Shown here: piece after piece, positions 19,601-29,059 of the stretch | Position numbering within the stretch: position 1 is the first letter of the stretch | How the letters are laid out: every line of letters starts with the position of its first letter | DNA from: Longimicrobiales bacterium | GTDB lineage: Bacteria; Gemmatimonadota; Gemmatimonadetes; Longimicrobiales; Gaopeijiaceae | Length of the DNA stretch: 64,000 bases | NCBI GenBank assembly: GCA_963422615.1 | Contig: OY730414.1 | Location: 1,844,302-1,908,301 of the forward strand | Direction: 5' to 3' | The notes under the pieces: generated by a model | What the model was told of the DNA's origin: nothing | Database searches by the model: none | Seen by the model: the letters and a program-made list of their open reading frames with translations, nothing else | Position numbers and translations under genes: made by a program

Positions 19601-20143
19601 AAGGCGACGGACAGCGACCCGCCTTCGGTCTTTGTACTTGCCGATCCCGGCCGCCTCTTCAAAGAGAAACCGGCGCTCGTCCGCCCGCTCGGACAAGATG
19701 GCGTCAATCATGCGAATCTCGATTACCGAGTAGGCGTTGGCGCCCAGCCCCGTATCCCGACACAGGTCTACAATGTCCCGAAGCCGACAGGCGGTGCGGT
19801 TGAGGCGGTAATCACTCCCCCCGTCCCGGTAGACGGTTCGGCCGATCTCAACTTCTTCGAAGGGAACGGGGAGCAGCCCGTCCTCGTTGGACACGACCAT
19901 GGAGACGGACCCCCGATTCACGGGTTTGCGGGAGACCGTCCCCTGGAAGATCACTTCTTCCATCCTCGCACCCCGTACGGCCGAGGGGCGCTGTTCTCCC
20001 AGGACCCAGCGGATCGCGTCGCCGATATTGGACTTTCCGCACCCGTTGGGACCCACGACCGCCGTAATCCCGTCGTGGAACTCCACACGCGTGGGATACG
20101 GAAAAGACTTGAAGCCGTGAACCTGAAGGGACCTCAGCTTCAT
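16643..20143 (-). CDS. smc: chromosome segregation protein SMC
   Basis: GFKSF, GPNGCGKSN, coiled coils, LSGGE, LDEVDAPLD; ATG 20143 overlaps rsfS stop. Confidence 0.97.
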   Translation of the reverse strand: MKLRSLQVHGFKSFPYPTRVEFHDGITAVVGPNGCGKSNIGDAIRWVLGEQRPSAVRGARMEEVIFQGTVSRKPVNRGSVSMVVSNEDGLLPVPFEEVEIGRTVYRDGGSDYRLNRTACRLRDIVDLCRDTGLGANAYSVIEIRMIDAILSERADERRFLFEEAAGIGKYKDRRRVAVRRLKTSEADLRRIEDVIAEVRTKVRSLARQKGKAQRYEKLQSRRIQVEVTLAKNGLEELDARLSRVDGELKSSQADGVGAKARLRVAEADLEQARLVQMEAERARVESASSLDAVGSELYRVEMEVAVAEERITHGKRRLAQISNEQAGLSKFRTRSDDELSSLRDHFAQRLADIEVVRSNLAKYKKSAAEIRKQREVAQGRVRELEVQCRTVTRRIARIEGDRESARIQAEEMGRRLTRLSRVAREGAGAQRDLRSKGDLFSDRRTVLAVGAQEASGALANSRRRLGLLRERLETVRVREKETEPRLTALEAEADALRRLTATGEGAEALAAAACKAFPIQVLGVLSDFVRVAGPPSARIVDAVLGRFGFALVLRSREDAGRIQQWYTETESAAGLVLLPRERAPESRGALPVGVSATGAGAPWVRALLGGLKIGNGLNPASRSSVSTDAEGEVRIDVRGAIHLLPRGAAGGRLERRERIKSLGFACEAARRKLEDVQAARTELEREYGECEEETRAASERLLEARDEARAAEAEATAHSDRQQRLDRHQEEISRQLEGTRAARDRADDREGAAKAALTRLRQEETALATRLERRREDQSASEDKWERAREAESETAIRSARLENEAERLRGRISDLEETVDRTGVRIAELDRETRDLEEELVRLRRIRRDGQAALQQLFSKRDDAKDVLEARKQALQIASEAVTSAERRVGETRSAERAAADRRHELELRRQDIRNQAMRIGERLEAEWNRPLEALIQETEIVKGPPEDLKTELTGIVGRLNRMGPVNMLAVEEHAEESARLEFLSRQREDLVRAGNDLRSAIRRINETATQLFMGSFEAIRENFRRTFRHLFDGGEANLRLADPDRPLESPVEIHAAPGGKRTQRIDLLSGGERALTALSLLFGIYLVKPSPFCILDEVDAPLDESNIGRFIRLLQGFKAQTQFVVITHNPRTIEAADWIYGVTMEEPGVSSIVGVRLEATGPVG

Positions 20144-20526
20144 TCGGAGAGTTTTCCGGAAAACGGATCGGCCGAGGAACCGCCTTTCTCGTTTCCGATG
20201 ACGACGAACGGAGCGTCTCCCCAAAGCTCTTCCAGGCGGTAGAAGCCCCTGACCGCCGGATGGAAGACATGGACGACCCAGTCGACATAATCCAGCAACA
20301 CCCACCGCCCCTGATCCAGGCCTTCCACGTGTTCGGGCCGATCTCCGTCTCGCTTCGCCGAGTCGATGATGTGTTCGGCGACCGCTCGAACCTGGACGTC
20401 CGAACGCCCGGTGGCGATCACGAAGAAGTCGGTGGCCGACGACAGGTTGCGAAGATCCATGACCGTGACGTCCTCGGCTTTTCTGTCCAGGGCGTACCGA
20501 ACGGCTCCCTGAACCTGGGCCGGCAT
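20140..20526 (-). CDS. rsfS: ribosome silencing factor RsfS
   Basis: DRKAEDV, DFFVIATG, WVLLDY.D.VVHVF, FYRLEELW; start approximate. Confidence 0.95.
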   Translation of the reverse strand: MPAQVQGAVRYALDRKAEDVTVMDLRNLSSATDFFVIATGRSDVQVRAVAEHIIDSAKRDGDRPEHVEGLDQGRWVLLDYVDWVVHVFHPAVRGFYRLEELWGDAPFVVIGNEKGGSSADPFSGKLSE

Positions 20527-20573
20527 ACCGAACGCTTCCCGCTCCCCATCCGCGGGTGTGGTTCGGGGACCCG

Positions 20574-21029
20574 TCAAATCGCCTCGGCCTTGACGACCAC
20601 CCTCACCTCGACCTCGACCTCCGCAGCCAGGCGAATGGGAATCCGGTACTCGCCCACCTCCTTGATCGGTTCGCCGAGAACAACGGACTTCCTGTCCAAC
20701 TCGAAGTCGATGCCCGATTCCTGGGCGCACTCCCCGATTTCGCGCCGGGTGACGGACCCGAACAGCCGCCCCTCTTCGTTGGCGAAGGCCGTGATGGTGA
20801 ATGTCTTGCCTTCCAGCTGGGACGCCCGTCGGTTGCCCTCCAGGTGCTCCTTGCGCAACCTCTCGCCCCGGTGGCGCTGCTCTTCCTCAATTCTCTGGAC
20901 ACTGGATGGAGAAGCCACGTAGGCCAGGCCTCGGGGAATCAGGTAGTTGCGGGCGTAGCCGGGCTTCACGTTCACTAGCCCACCCACGGGGCCCAGTTTG
21001 TCGACCGCTTCACGCAGAATCAGCTTCAT
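20574..21029 (-). CDS. rplI: 50S ribosomal protein bL9
   Basis: MKLIL..V..LG..G..VNVKPGYARNYLIP; LFGSVT. Confidence 0.97.
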   Translation of the reverse strand: MKLILREAVDKLGPVGGLVNVKPGYARNYLIPRGLAYVASPSSVQRIEEEQRHRGERLRKEHLEGNRRASQLEGKTFTITAFANEEGRLFGSVTRREIGECAQESGIDFELDRKSVVLGEPIKEVGEYRIPIRLAAEVEVEVRVVVKAEAI

Positions 21030-21054
21030 CGGTTCTTTCCGTCCAGCCTGGACC

Positions 21055-21705
21055 TCAGGCCAAGTGATCCTTGGTATAGGGGAGCAGAGCCAGGTATCTG
21101 GCCCGCTTGATTGCCGTGCCAAGTCGACGCTGAAAGCGGGCCGTGACTTTCGTGGTCCGCTTCGGCAGAATTTTCCCTTGCTCGGTGAGAAAGCGGGACA
21201 GCGTCGCGACGTCCTTGTAGTTCAACAGGACGACCGGAGGCCCCTCGAAGCGTCGGCGGCGACCCCGAACCCCCGAATACACCGGTGGGGCCGACACCAC
21301 GACCGGTTTCGCTTCCTCGTCTCGGTCCTGAGATTCCCGCACCTCGCCCCGGTCCGGGGTTTCCTCTCTTTCCGGATTCGAAGAAACCACCGGTCGTTCT
21401 GCAAAGACGGAGGCGCCCGATGTAGGCTGGCCATGGTTGAGCACGACCAGGTACCGCATGGTCTCCTCGTCAAGCTTGAGCAGTCGTTCGAATTCGGGAA
21501 GGGCCGAGGGCTCGGCGGAGACATGGGCAACGACAAAGTAGCCGATCTCCGCCTTGTTGACGGGGTACACAAGGCGGCGGACGCCCCAGTGGTCTACCGT
21601 GGTGACTTCGCCGCCAAGCCGAGCGTGGAAGGTGTCCAACTTGGCATTGACGGCGTCCAGGTCCAAGGCGGCGTCCAGGATGTAGACGATCTCGTATGCT
21701 GTCAT
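21055..21705 (-). CDS. rpsF-rpsR: fused 30S ribosomal proteins bS6-bS18 (216 aa)
   Basis: N-terminal YEIVYILD...[10 protein letters not shown]...MRYLVV (bS6) in frame with [23 protein letters not shown]...[13 protein letters not shown] (bS18); no stop between. Confidence 0.92.
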   Translation of the reverse strand: MTAYEIVYILDAALDLDAVNAKLDTFHARLGGEVTTVDHWGVRRLVYPVNKAEIGYFVVAHVSAEPSALPEFERLLKLDEETMRYLVVLNHGQPTSGASVFAERPVVSSNPEREETPDRGEVRESQDRDEEAKPVVVSAPPVYSGVRGRRRRFEGPPVVLLNYKDVATLSRFLTEQGKILPKRTTKVTARFQRRLGTAIKRARYLALLPYTKDHLA

Positions 21706-22053
21706 GCAGGCTTGTTCGCTCTCATTCGGGGGAAGCGACGGAATCCGCGTCTCATGTCGAATTCTTACCGATGACGAAGTATAGTACAGGCCAACTCCAA
21801 GGTGGAAGAACCCGTCTGACTCCGTCCCTTCCCGGCTCCACCCCGGGGCAGCCCGGACTCCGCCGGCGCCGAACCCGAAGGGTCCAGCTCCGTTTCCTGT
21901 CGCCGGCAAGAACGCTTTCTCAAACGTGCATCCGGTGGCCGGGGGCGAGAAGCGCCGCTGGAATGCCCGCCACAAAACAAGCATCTTGATTCTGGCGGAG
22001 AAAGCCTACCTTTTGTACCTTCGCCAACTACTGGAACGAAAGAGCGCACCTAC

Positions 22054-23139
22054 ATGGACTTTACATTCGTCGGCACTTCCGACAACTCGACCTTCGGCTG
22101 GTTTGCCCAAGGGCTACGTGAAGTGATGGAGTCGGAAGGCCATCGCTATACCCACGACGTCCACAACGCCAAATTGGTGTTGAACTTCTTCCCCATGGGA
22201 AAGCCACGCCCTGCCCGCCGCCGGGCTCAGGCCGTCTTCGTGTGTGCCGTGACGGAGTTTCCCGATCCGTTCACCGACCCGATCCCCCAGGGATATCCCA
22301 CCTTGGTTCGCGCCTTGGCCAATCTGGCGGTGGGTCTGATCCCGGGCCGCAACGGGTGTCCGGATGTTCACTTTGTCACCCTGGAACAAGGGCACTACAC
22401 GATATCGGGCAATCTGGACCGGAAAAGCTACTTCCAGCAGGTGTACAGGCGGATCCATCCCCTCGCCTCTTCTACCTTGGTTATCGAGAACTTTTTCGAA
22501 CCGGACCTTCCGGAGGCCCTGTGGAACGGGGACGAGCTCACGGAATCCATCTACCGGGCCGGCCAGAAACTGGCCGGTCTTGACCTTCTACCGGCTCCCT
22601 TTCCCATGGACCGGCTCCTGCCCGAACGGGACTTCCGCCACGTGAAGCGCCTGTTCGGAATCGGGGGTCTCTCGTACGGCAACGTGTCGGCTCGCTACGA
22701 CGGAGACTGGTTCTGGATGAGTGCCAGTGGTGTGGACAAATCCAACCTCCGGGAGATCGGCCATCACATCCTGATGGTGAAGGACTACGACCCGGTGCGG
22801 AACGGCATGCGGGTAGGGCATCCGCCCGGCGTGGCTCAGCCGCGTCGGGTTTCGGTGGATGCCATCGAACACTGGATGATCTACCGGGAACACCCGGAGG
22901 TCGGCGCGATCCTCCACGTTCACGGTTGGATGGACGGCATCGTGTCCACGGAGTTCAACTACCCCTGCGGGACCCGCGAACTGGGCCAGGCCGTTGCGGA
23001 TCTGGTGCGGGAAGCCGACGATCCCGGTCGTTGTGTTGTCGGACTCAAGAATCACGGCCTGACGATCACCGGCAAGGGCCTGGATGAGATCTTCGAGCGG
23101 ATCGAAGGGAACATTCTCCCTACGGTGCCGATGGACTAG
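22054..23139 (+). CDS. class II aldolase/adducin family protein
   Basis: SYGNVSAR, SASGVDK, SVDAIEH..IY, ILHVH, LKNHG; extra N-terminal domain. Confidence 0.85.
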   Translation: MDFTFVGTSDNSTFGWFAQGLREVMESEGHRYTHDVHNAKLVLNFFPMGKPRPARRRAQAVFVCAVTEFPDPFTDPIPQGYPTLVRALANLAVGLIPGRNGCPDVHFVTLEQGHYTISGNLDRKSYFQQVYRRIHPLASSTLVIENFFEPDLPEALWNGDELTESIYRAGQKLAGLDLLPAPFPMDRLLPERDFRHVKRLFGIGGLSYGNVSARYDGDWFWMSASGVDKSNLREIGHHILMVKDYDPVRNGMRVGHPPGVAQPRRVSVDAIEHWMIYREHPEVGAILHVHGWMDGIVSTEFNYPCGTRELGQAVADLVREADDPGRCVVGLKNHGLTITGKGLDEIFERIEGNILPTVPMD

Positions 23140-23159
23140 CTACGGTGCCGACGGACTAG
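23120..23159 (+). repeat. 20-bp tandem duplication of the gene 3' end
   Basis: CTACGGTGCCGATGGACTAG followed by CTACGGTGCCGACGGACTAG (19/20). Confidence 0.95.
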
Positions 23160-23160
23160 C

Positions 23161-23217
23161 GCCGGACGGCGGATCCCCAGAGGTGCGGGGCGTCCGGCAT
23201 CCGGGGGAGCTCCCCGG
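23161..23217. terminator. hairpins between convergent genes, possible terminators
   Basis: GCCGGACG...CGTCCGGC and CCGGGG..CCCCGG inverted repeats; no U-tract. Confidence 0.35.
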
Positions 23218-23281
23218 AAGGGCAGATGGGCCGGGGCGGAAGGGGCCTGCCTCGCTTTGGACGCAACCGGGCGTTTCGCCT

Positions 23282-24532
23282 TCAGGGTTCGGCGAGCTCC
23301 TCGGGCTCCGCCGGAATCGCGGCCTGGACCGACGGGACCAGTTCCAGATACCTGCCATAGCCCCACTTCGCCTCGTCCAGGTTGAGACGCTCAATATTGG
23401 TGTGGGCGTGGCGCTCTTCCCCTGGGGCAAACCCGATGGTGGGAATGCCCCGAATCCCGTGGGTCCACCCTCCATCGGTGGCGAACGTCCAAGGCCGGAT
23501 GCGGGCCCAGCCCCCGCCGTCTCGGGATCCAACCGCTCGGGCGGCCGCCACGACGATCGGATGACGAGGATCCATCAAGAAGCCCGGGCTGAGGATCCGC
23601 CGCTCCTCCTCTGCTCCGGTGTAGCTGCGCTGAACCTCGGTGGCGAGTCGGAACTCCACGTTCGGCTCCGAAGGGTCCGGTTGCTTCGGAGAATCTACGA
23701 CGGAGGCCCCCCCGTCCAGGTGGGGGCGGACTGCGTCCCGAAGGCGGGCCAACAAGGTCTCTTCCCCGTCCGAAGGGAGGATTCGCCAGTCCAGGGTCAC
23801 GGTGACCCTGTCGGGAATCACATTCAGACTGGCCGGAGCGGCTCCGATCCCGGTGGGGACGACGGAGGACGCGCCCAGAACTTCGTCCCGTTCCTGATTC
23901 GCCGCGAGGTCCCGCACTCCGGCGAGGATGGCCGGAACCCGGTCCAGGGCGTTTCGGGCCCGCTCCGGCGCCGACGCGTGGCCTGCCAGTCCGCGGGCCA
24001 CGACCTCGATTTCGGCCCGGCCCCGGTGCCCGATGGCGATGTCCCCGTGGGTGGATTCTCCGATGATGACCGCTCCGGGGCGAAGGCCCCCGTCCGGACG
24101 CGTCAGGTGGTCCATTCCCCAGCCCCCCCGCTCTTCATAAACGGGATGGGCCACGATGATGTCTCCCGTGGTCTTCCCTCGAAGGGCGGCCCCCACGTAG
24201 GTCTGTAAGGCCAGGGGGCCCTTGATGTCCATCGCGCCCCGGCCGTGAAGGCACCCGTTCGCGATCACGGCGTCGAAGGGGGGATATTCCCACTCCCCGG
24301 GGTCGCCGGCGGCTACCATGTCCAGATGGGCGCTCAGCATCACCGCAGGCGCATCCCCGTCTCCTTCGACGACCCCCACAACGTTGCCCACATCATCCGT
24401 ATACGCCTCGTCGTAGCCCAGCGATTCCATCTCTGCGACGACGCGCCTGGCCAGATCCCCCTCTTCGCCGGGCAGGGACGGAATGCGAATCAGGTCTTGG
24501 GCGAAGGCAATCGCTCGATCAAAGGATATCAT
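23282..24532 (-). CDS. M20/M25/M40 family metallo-hydrolase (ArgE/DapE/YgeY-like)
   Basis: [35 protein letters not shown]. Confidence 0.9.
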   Translation of the reverse strand: MISFDRAIAFAQDLIRIPSLPGEEGDLARRVVAEMESLGYDEAYTDDVGNVVGVVEGDGDAPAVMLSAHLDMVAAGDPGEWEYPPFDAVIANGCLHGRGAMDIKGPLALQTYVGAALRGKTTGDIIVAHPVYEERGGWGMDHLTRPDGGLRPGAVIIGESTHGDIAIGHRGRAEIEVVARGLAGHASAPERARNALDRVPAILAGVRDLAANQERDEVLGASSVVPTGIGAAPASLNVIPDRVTVTLDWRILPSDGEETLLARLRDAVRPHLDGGASVVDSPKQPDPSEPNVEFRLATEVQRSYTGAEEERRILSPGFLMDPRHPIVVAAARAVGSRDGGGWARIRPWTFATDGGWTHGIRGIPTIGFAPGEERHAHTNIERLNLDEAKWGYGRYLELVPSVQAAIPAEPEELAEP

Positions 24533-26598
24533 CCTCCGCTCACGAACCAGGGCGCCAGGACCAGAGACACGACGCTCATGAGCTTGATCAGGATGTTCAG
24601 GGACGGCCCGGACGTGTCCTTGAAGGGATCGCCTACGGTGTCCCCGACTACGGCCGCCTTGTGAGGGCCGGATCCCTTTCCGCCGTGGGCTCCCCCCTCA
24701 ATGTACTTCTTGGCATTGTCCCACGCGCCGCCAGCGTTGGCCATGAAGAGAGCCATGAGTACCCCTGTAACCGTGGCGCCGGCCAGGAGGCCACCCAACG
24801 CTTCAACCCCCAGGAAGCGCCCCACGATTACCGGGGCCAGAACGGCGGTGATGCCGGGTAGCAACATTTCCCGGAGGGCCGCACGGGTGGAAATGTCCAC
24901 GCAGCGGGCCGAGTCGGGTTTGGCCGTCCCCTCCATCAGCCCCGGGATCTCCCGGAATTGGCGGCGCACCTCGTCCACCATGCCCGCGGCCGCCCTCCCC
25001 ACCGCTGTCATGGTGAAGGCGCCCACCAGGAAGGGCAGCATGCCACCGATGAAGAGGCCGATCACCACCATGGGATCGGCGATGTTGATCCCCGTTTCCC
25101 GGAGCCCCACGCTGGAGGTGTAGGCCGAAAAGAGAGCCAGGGCCGTGAGGGCGGCCGATCCGATGGCAAAACCCTTGCCGATCGCGGCCGTGGTGTTTCC
25201 TATGGCGTCGAGCGAATCCGTCACCTTTCGGGTTTCAGGCCCCAGGCCCGCCATCTCGCTAATGCCGCCGGCGTTGTCGGCCACGGGTCCGTACGCATCC
25301 ACCGACATTGTGGCCCCGACCGTGGCCAGCATCCCCACGGCCGCGATCCCGATCCCGTAGAGACCGCTCGCCAAAAAGGAAACGAAGATGGCGGCGCAAA
25401 TGAGAAGGAGGGGAATGGCGGTCGACTCCATCCCTACCGCCAAACCCGTGATGATGTTGGTTGCTGAACCGGTCTCCGAGGAGGCTGCGATCTTCCGAAC
25501 CGGTCGCCCCCCGGTGTAGTACTCCGTGACAGAGCCGATGAGGATCCCGACCAGGGTCCCGGCCAGGATGGCCCAGAAGGGGCCCATCGGGGAGCGGGCG
25601 GTTCCGGTAATCGGGTCGATGATGTTCATGTCCATCCCCCGAACGACGAAGAACATGGCGACCAGGAACAATCCCGCGGCGATGAAGGTTACGTTCCGCA
25701 GGGCCGCACCGGGCTCGGCGCGCTCCAGGAGCTTCATGGTTCCGATGGCGATTACCGAACAAACCAAGCCGACGAGCACGGTGATGACGGGGAGCGCGAC
25801 GGCCTGGATGGTGCTCGTGGCAAGGGCCACCGAGGTGGCGCCGATGGCAATCGTCGCCACGATGGACCCCACGTAGGACTCGAAAATGTCGGCGCCCATC
25901 CCCGCCACGTCTCCCACGTTGTCTCCCACGTTGTCGGCGATGGTGGCCGGATTTCGGGGGTCGTCTTCGGGGATTCCCGCTTCCACCTTTCCTACCAAGT
26001 CCGCGCCCACGTCGGCGGCTTTAGTAAAGATGCCACCCCCCACCCGGGCGAAGAGGGCGATGGAGGAAGCCCCCATGGCAAAGCCCGAGACGACCTCGGC
26101 AAAGCGGGGCAGGTCGTTCGTGCCCGGAATCGCGTCGGCTGCCAGCAGCCCGTAAAGGGCGCCGATCCCGAGCAGCCCCAGGGCAGCCACCGAAAGACCC
26201 ATCACAGCGCCCCCGAAGAACGCGATGCGCAGGGCTTTGCCCTGCCCTTCCCGGTTCGCCGCCGCCGAAGTGCGCACATTGGCCCGCGTGGCCGCCTTCA
26301 TTCCGAAGAAGCCGGCCAGAACGCTGCTGAGCGCCCCTGCAACGTACGCAACCGCCGTCGCCCCGCCGATGGCCGCATAGAGAAGCCCGGTCACCAGGGC
26401 AACGAAGACGGCGAGGACGGTGTATTCCCGGCGGAGGAACGCCATCGCCCCGTCGTGGATCTGGTCCGCAAGTTCTTTCATGGCGTCGGTGCCGCTGGGC
26501 TGACTTGACAGGTAGCGGTAGACGCCCAGCGCGGTGAGTAGCCCCAGGATTCCCACCACCCAGGACCATTCGGTCAAAACCAGAAGCTGATCAATCAC
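24529..26598 (-). CDS. hppA: membrane-bound K+-dependent pyrophosphatase, probably Na+-translocating
   Basis: [53 protein letters not shown]. Confidence 0.95.
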   Translation of the reverse strand: MIDQLLVLTEWSWVVGILGLLTALGVYRYLSSQPSGTDAMKELADQIHDGAMAFLRREYTVLAVFVALVTGLLYAAIGGATAVAYVAGALSSVLAGFFGMKAATRANVRTSAAANREGQGKALRIAFFGGAVMGLSVAALGLLGIGALYGLLAADAIPGTNDLPRFAEVVSGFAMGASSIALFARVGGGIFTKAADVGADLVGKVEAGIPEDDPRNPATIADNVGDNVGDVAGMGADIFESYVGSIVATIAIGATSVALATSTIQAVALPVITVLVGLVCSVIAIGTMKLLERAEPGAALRNVTFIAAGLFLVAMFFVVRGMDMNIIDPITGTARSPMGPFWAILAGTLVGILIGSVTEYYTGGRPVRKIAASSETGSATNIITGLAVGMESTAIPLLLICAAIFVSFLASGLYGIGIAAVGMLATVGATMSVDAYGPVADNAGGISEMAGLGPETRKVTDSLDAIGNTTAAIGKGFAIGSAALTALALFSAYTSSVGLRETGINIADPMVVIGLFIGGMLPFLVGAFTMTAVGRAAAGMVDEVRRQFREIPGLMEGTAKPDSARCVDISTRAALREMLLPGITAVLAPVIVGRFLGVEALGGLLAGATVTGVLMALFMANAGGAWDNAKKYIEGGAHGGKGSGPHKAAVVGDTVGDPFKDTSGPSLNILIKLMSVVSLVLAPWFVSGG

Positions 26599-26697
26599 GA
26601 TCTCTACTTCCTTATGGTTGAAATTATTCTGTCGTTACGAATTCCAGGCCGCGTCCTAGGGACCCCCCTCGAATCGTCCAAGAATGCAAACAACTCC

Positions 26698-27291
26698 TCA
26701 TTGGTTGAACCGATTCATGACGGCCGCCACACCTTCGCCAACCCAGACCCCGACGGCCTCGCTCAGCTCCGAAAGCAGCGCCTCCATCCGGCCCTCGTCC
26801 TCTCCCGGCATGACGCCAAGAACCCAGTCGGCCCGGTCCGTGCCCGGAGGCGGGGCTCCCACGCCGATTCGGAGGCGGGGGTAACCCTGCGACCCCAAGG
26901 CTTCGTTCACGGACGCCAGCCCCCGGTGACCTCCCGAACCTCCTCCCGGTCGAAACCGAACTCGGCCCACCGCCAAGTTGATGTCATCGGCTACGACGAG
27001 AAGGTCCCTCTCAAACTCAAATCCCCGGATTTTCCACAGGGTCGTCAAGGCCAGACCGCTTCGGTTCACGTAGGTGCGGGGCTTGAGCAAGCGAACCCTC
27101 CACCCGGCGGTCTCCCCCGAAGCCTCCCACGCCCTCCGCTTTCGCCGAAATGGGCCGAAGCCTTGGTCGAAGGCAAAGCGATCAAGGACCCACCACCCCA
27201 CATTGTGACGGGTGCGGGCGTATTCAAGTCCCGGATTTCCGAGACCCAAGACAACCTTGACACGGGGAGCCGGAGTGCGCAGAAGCCGCAT
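26698..27291 (-). CDS. pth: peptidyl-tRNA hydrolase
   Basis: GLGNPG..Y..TRHNVG, KP.TY.N.SG, GGH.GL, RLRIGVG. Confidence 0.96.
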   Translation of the reverse strand: MRLLRTPAPRVKVVLGLGNPGLEYARTRHNVGWWVLDRFAFDQGFGPFRRKRRAWEASGETAGWRVRLLKPRTYVNRSGLALTTLWKIRGFEFERDLLVVADDINLAVGRVRFRPGGGSGGHRGLASVNEALGSQGYPRLRIGVGAPPPGTDRADWVLGVMPGEDEGRMEALLSELSEAVGVWVGEGVAAVMNRFNQ

Positions 27292-27316
27292 CGGCGACCG
27301 GGGTCAGCCCCCGATC

Positions 27317-27946
27317 CTATCCGAACTCCCCGGTGGGAAACGCCTCCCCGGGGGAGACCTCCTCCTCTTCGTCCACCAGTTCTTGGGACACGCTTGGCGC
27401 TGCCACCCCACAGATGGTCTTCCCGGCATCGGCGAGGCTCTCCACACCATCGGGCATTTCGATGTCACCGGCGCGGATCACGTCGCCAACGGCCAACGCA
27501 GTCACGTCCACATCAATTCCTTCCGGGATCATGGAGGGAATACACTTGACCGGGAGGCTGTGAACAACTTGGTCCAAGACGCCACCGCTGTTTCGGACAC
27601 CATCCGCGATGCCGGTGAAGCGGAGCGGGACTTGTACCTCAATGGGCACGCCCCGCCGGACTCGAATGAAATCGACATGGAGCAGCTCGGAACGGTACGG
27701 GTGTACCTGAATCTCCCGGACCAAACCCCGCTCGGCGGAGCCGTCATCCACGTGCAAGTCCAGGATCGTGTTGTCGACGGAAATCGACTGGAAGAGGTTC
27801 AGGACCTCCCGGGTCTCCATGGACACCAGCACAGGCGTGTCTCCCCCGCCGTAGATGACGCCGGGTACGCGGCCCGCACGACGGAGCTTGCGCGCGGTTT
27901 CCTTCCCCGATCGGGCACGGGTCTCAAGTTTCAGTTTTGTTTCCAT
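27317..27946 (-). CDS. rplY: 50S ribosomal protein bL25 (long CTC form)
   Basis: GK..ARKLRRAGRVPGVIYG, Q.HP..LLHVDF; prs-rplY-pth order. Confidence 0.95.
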   Translation of the reverse strand: METKLKLETRARSGKETARKLRRAGRVPGVIYGGGDTPVLVSMETREVLNLFQSISVDNTILDLHVDDGSAERGLVREIQVHPYRSELLHVDFIRVRRGVPIEVQVPLRFTGIADGVRNSGGVLDQVVHSLPVKCIPSMIPEGIDVDVTALAVGDVIRAGDIEMPDGVESLADAGKTICGVAAPSVSQELVDEEEEVSPGEAFPTGEFG

Positions 27947-28971
27947 AAATGGCTTTCCAGGATCGCGAAGTCGGTTTTCGGGCCAGGGGAACCCGGGTCG
28001 GGCCGCTCCCGCTCTTCCACAAGCTCGAACAACTGGCTGACCGATTCGTTGGAATGGATGTAGGTGATGGCCCGGGCCAGCAAGTCGCCAATGGAAAGCA
28101 CCTTCATGCGGCGGAACTTCTTGGCGGCGGAAATGGCGATGGTGTTGGTCACAACGAGCTCCTCAAGGGGAGCGCGGGAGAGCTTGGCCACGGCATCTCC
28201 GGACAGGAGGGCATGGGTCGCCGCGACGTATACGGAGCGAGCTCCCCGATCAATGAGGGCCTGCACGGCCTGAGCGATGGTCCCCCCCGTGTCGATCATG
28301 TCGTCGGTAATCAGGCAGGTTCTGTCCTCCACTTCTCCAACGACATCCAGCACTTCGGCGACATTGGCCAACGGACGACGCTTGTCAATGATCGCGAAGG
28401 AAGCCCCGAGGCGCCTGGCGAAGCCCCGGGCCATTTTCGCCGAACCTACATCGGGGGCCACCACGACCAGATCCCGGAAAGCCTTCTCCCGAAAATAGGC
28501 CGTAAACACGGGCGCCGCGTAGAGGTGGTCGACGGGGATGTCAAAGAAGCCTTGGATCTGGTGTTGGTGGAAGTCGATGCTCACGACCCGGTCGGCTCCG
28601 GCAGCCACGATCATGTTGGCCGTCAGTTTGGCGCCGATGGCGACGCGGGGCTGGTCCTTTCTGTCCTGGCGGCCGTATCCGAAGTAAGGAACGACCGCGG
28701 TCACCCGGGCCGCCGAAGCCCGCTTCGCCGCGTCAATCAGGAGAAGCAGCTCCATGATGTTGTCCGCATTGGTCACCGTCGGCTGGATGATGAATACATC
28801 CCGCCCCCTGGCGTTGCGATCGATCCTGACAAAGATCTCCCCGTCGACGAAATTTCGGACCGTGGCCCCTTCCACCGACGTGTTCAGGAGGGTTGCGATC
28901 TCTCGGGCCAGGGGCCGGTTGGCCCGCCCCGTGAGGAGAAGGAGGGGCCCGCGCCGATACGTATCATCCAT
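27931..28971 (-). CDS. prs: ribose-phosphate pyrophosphokinase
   Basis: F.DGE, PYFGYGRQDRK, VVAPDVG, DDMIDTGGT. Confidence 0.97.
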   Translation of the reverse strand: MDDTYRRGPLLLLTGRANRPLAREIATLLNTSVEGATVRNFVDGEIFVRIDRNARGRDVFIIQPTVTNADNIMELLLLIDAAKRASAARVTAVVPYFGYGRQDRKDQPRVAIGAKLTANMIVAAGADRVVSIDFHQHQIQGFFDIPVDHLYAAPVFTAYFREKAFRDLVVVAPDVGSAKMARGFARRLGASFAIIDKRRPLANVAEVLDVVGEVEDRTCLITDDMIDTGGTIAQAVQALIDRGARSVYVAATHALLSGDAVAKLSRAPLEELVVTNTIAISAAKKFRRMKVLSIGDLLARAITYIHSNESVSQLFELVEERERPDPGSPGPKTDFAILESHLWKQN

Positions 28972-29030
28972 GAAAAAGCAGGAGTTGGTGACGAGTCCGC
29001 GGGACAGCCCAAGATCGTAGGCGGCCAAAG

Positions 29031-29059
29031 AGTATAGATTTTGCCCTGCTGGTCGTCAA
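29031..29059 (-). promoter_or_regulatory. sigma70-type promoter of prs-rplY-pth
   Basis: TTGACG-N17-TATACT. Confidence 0.8.
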
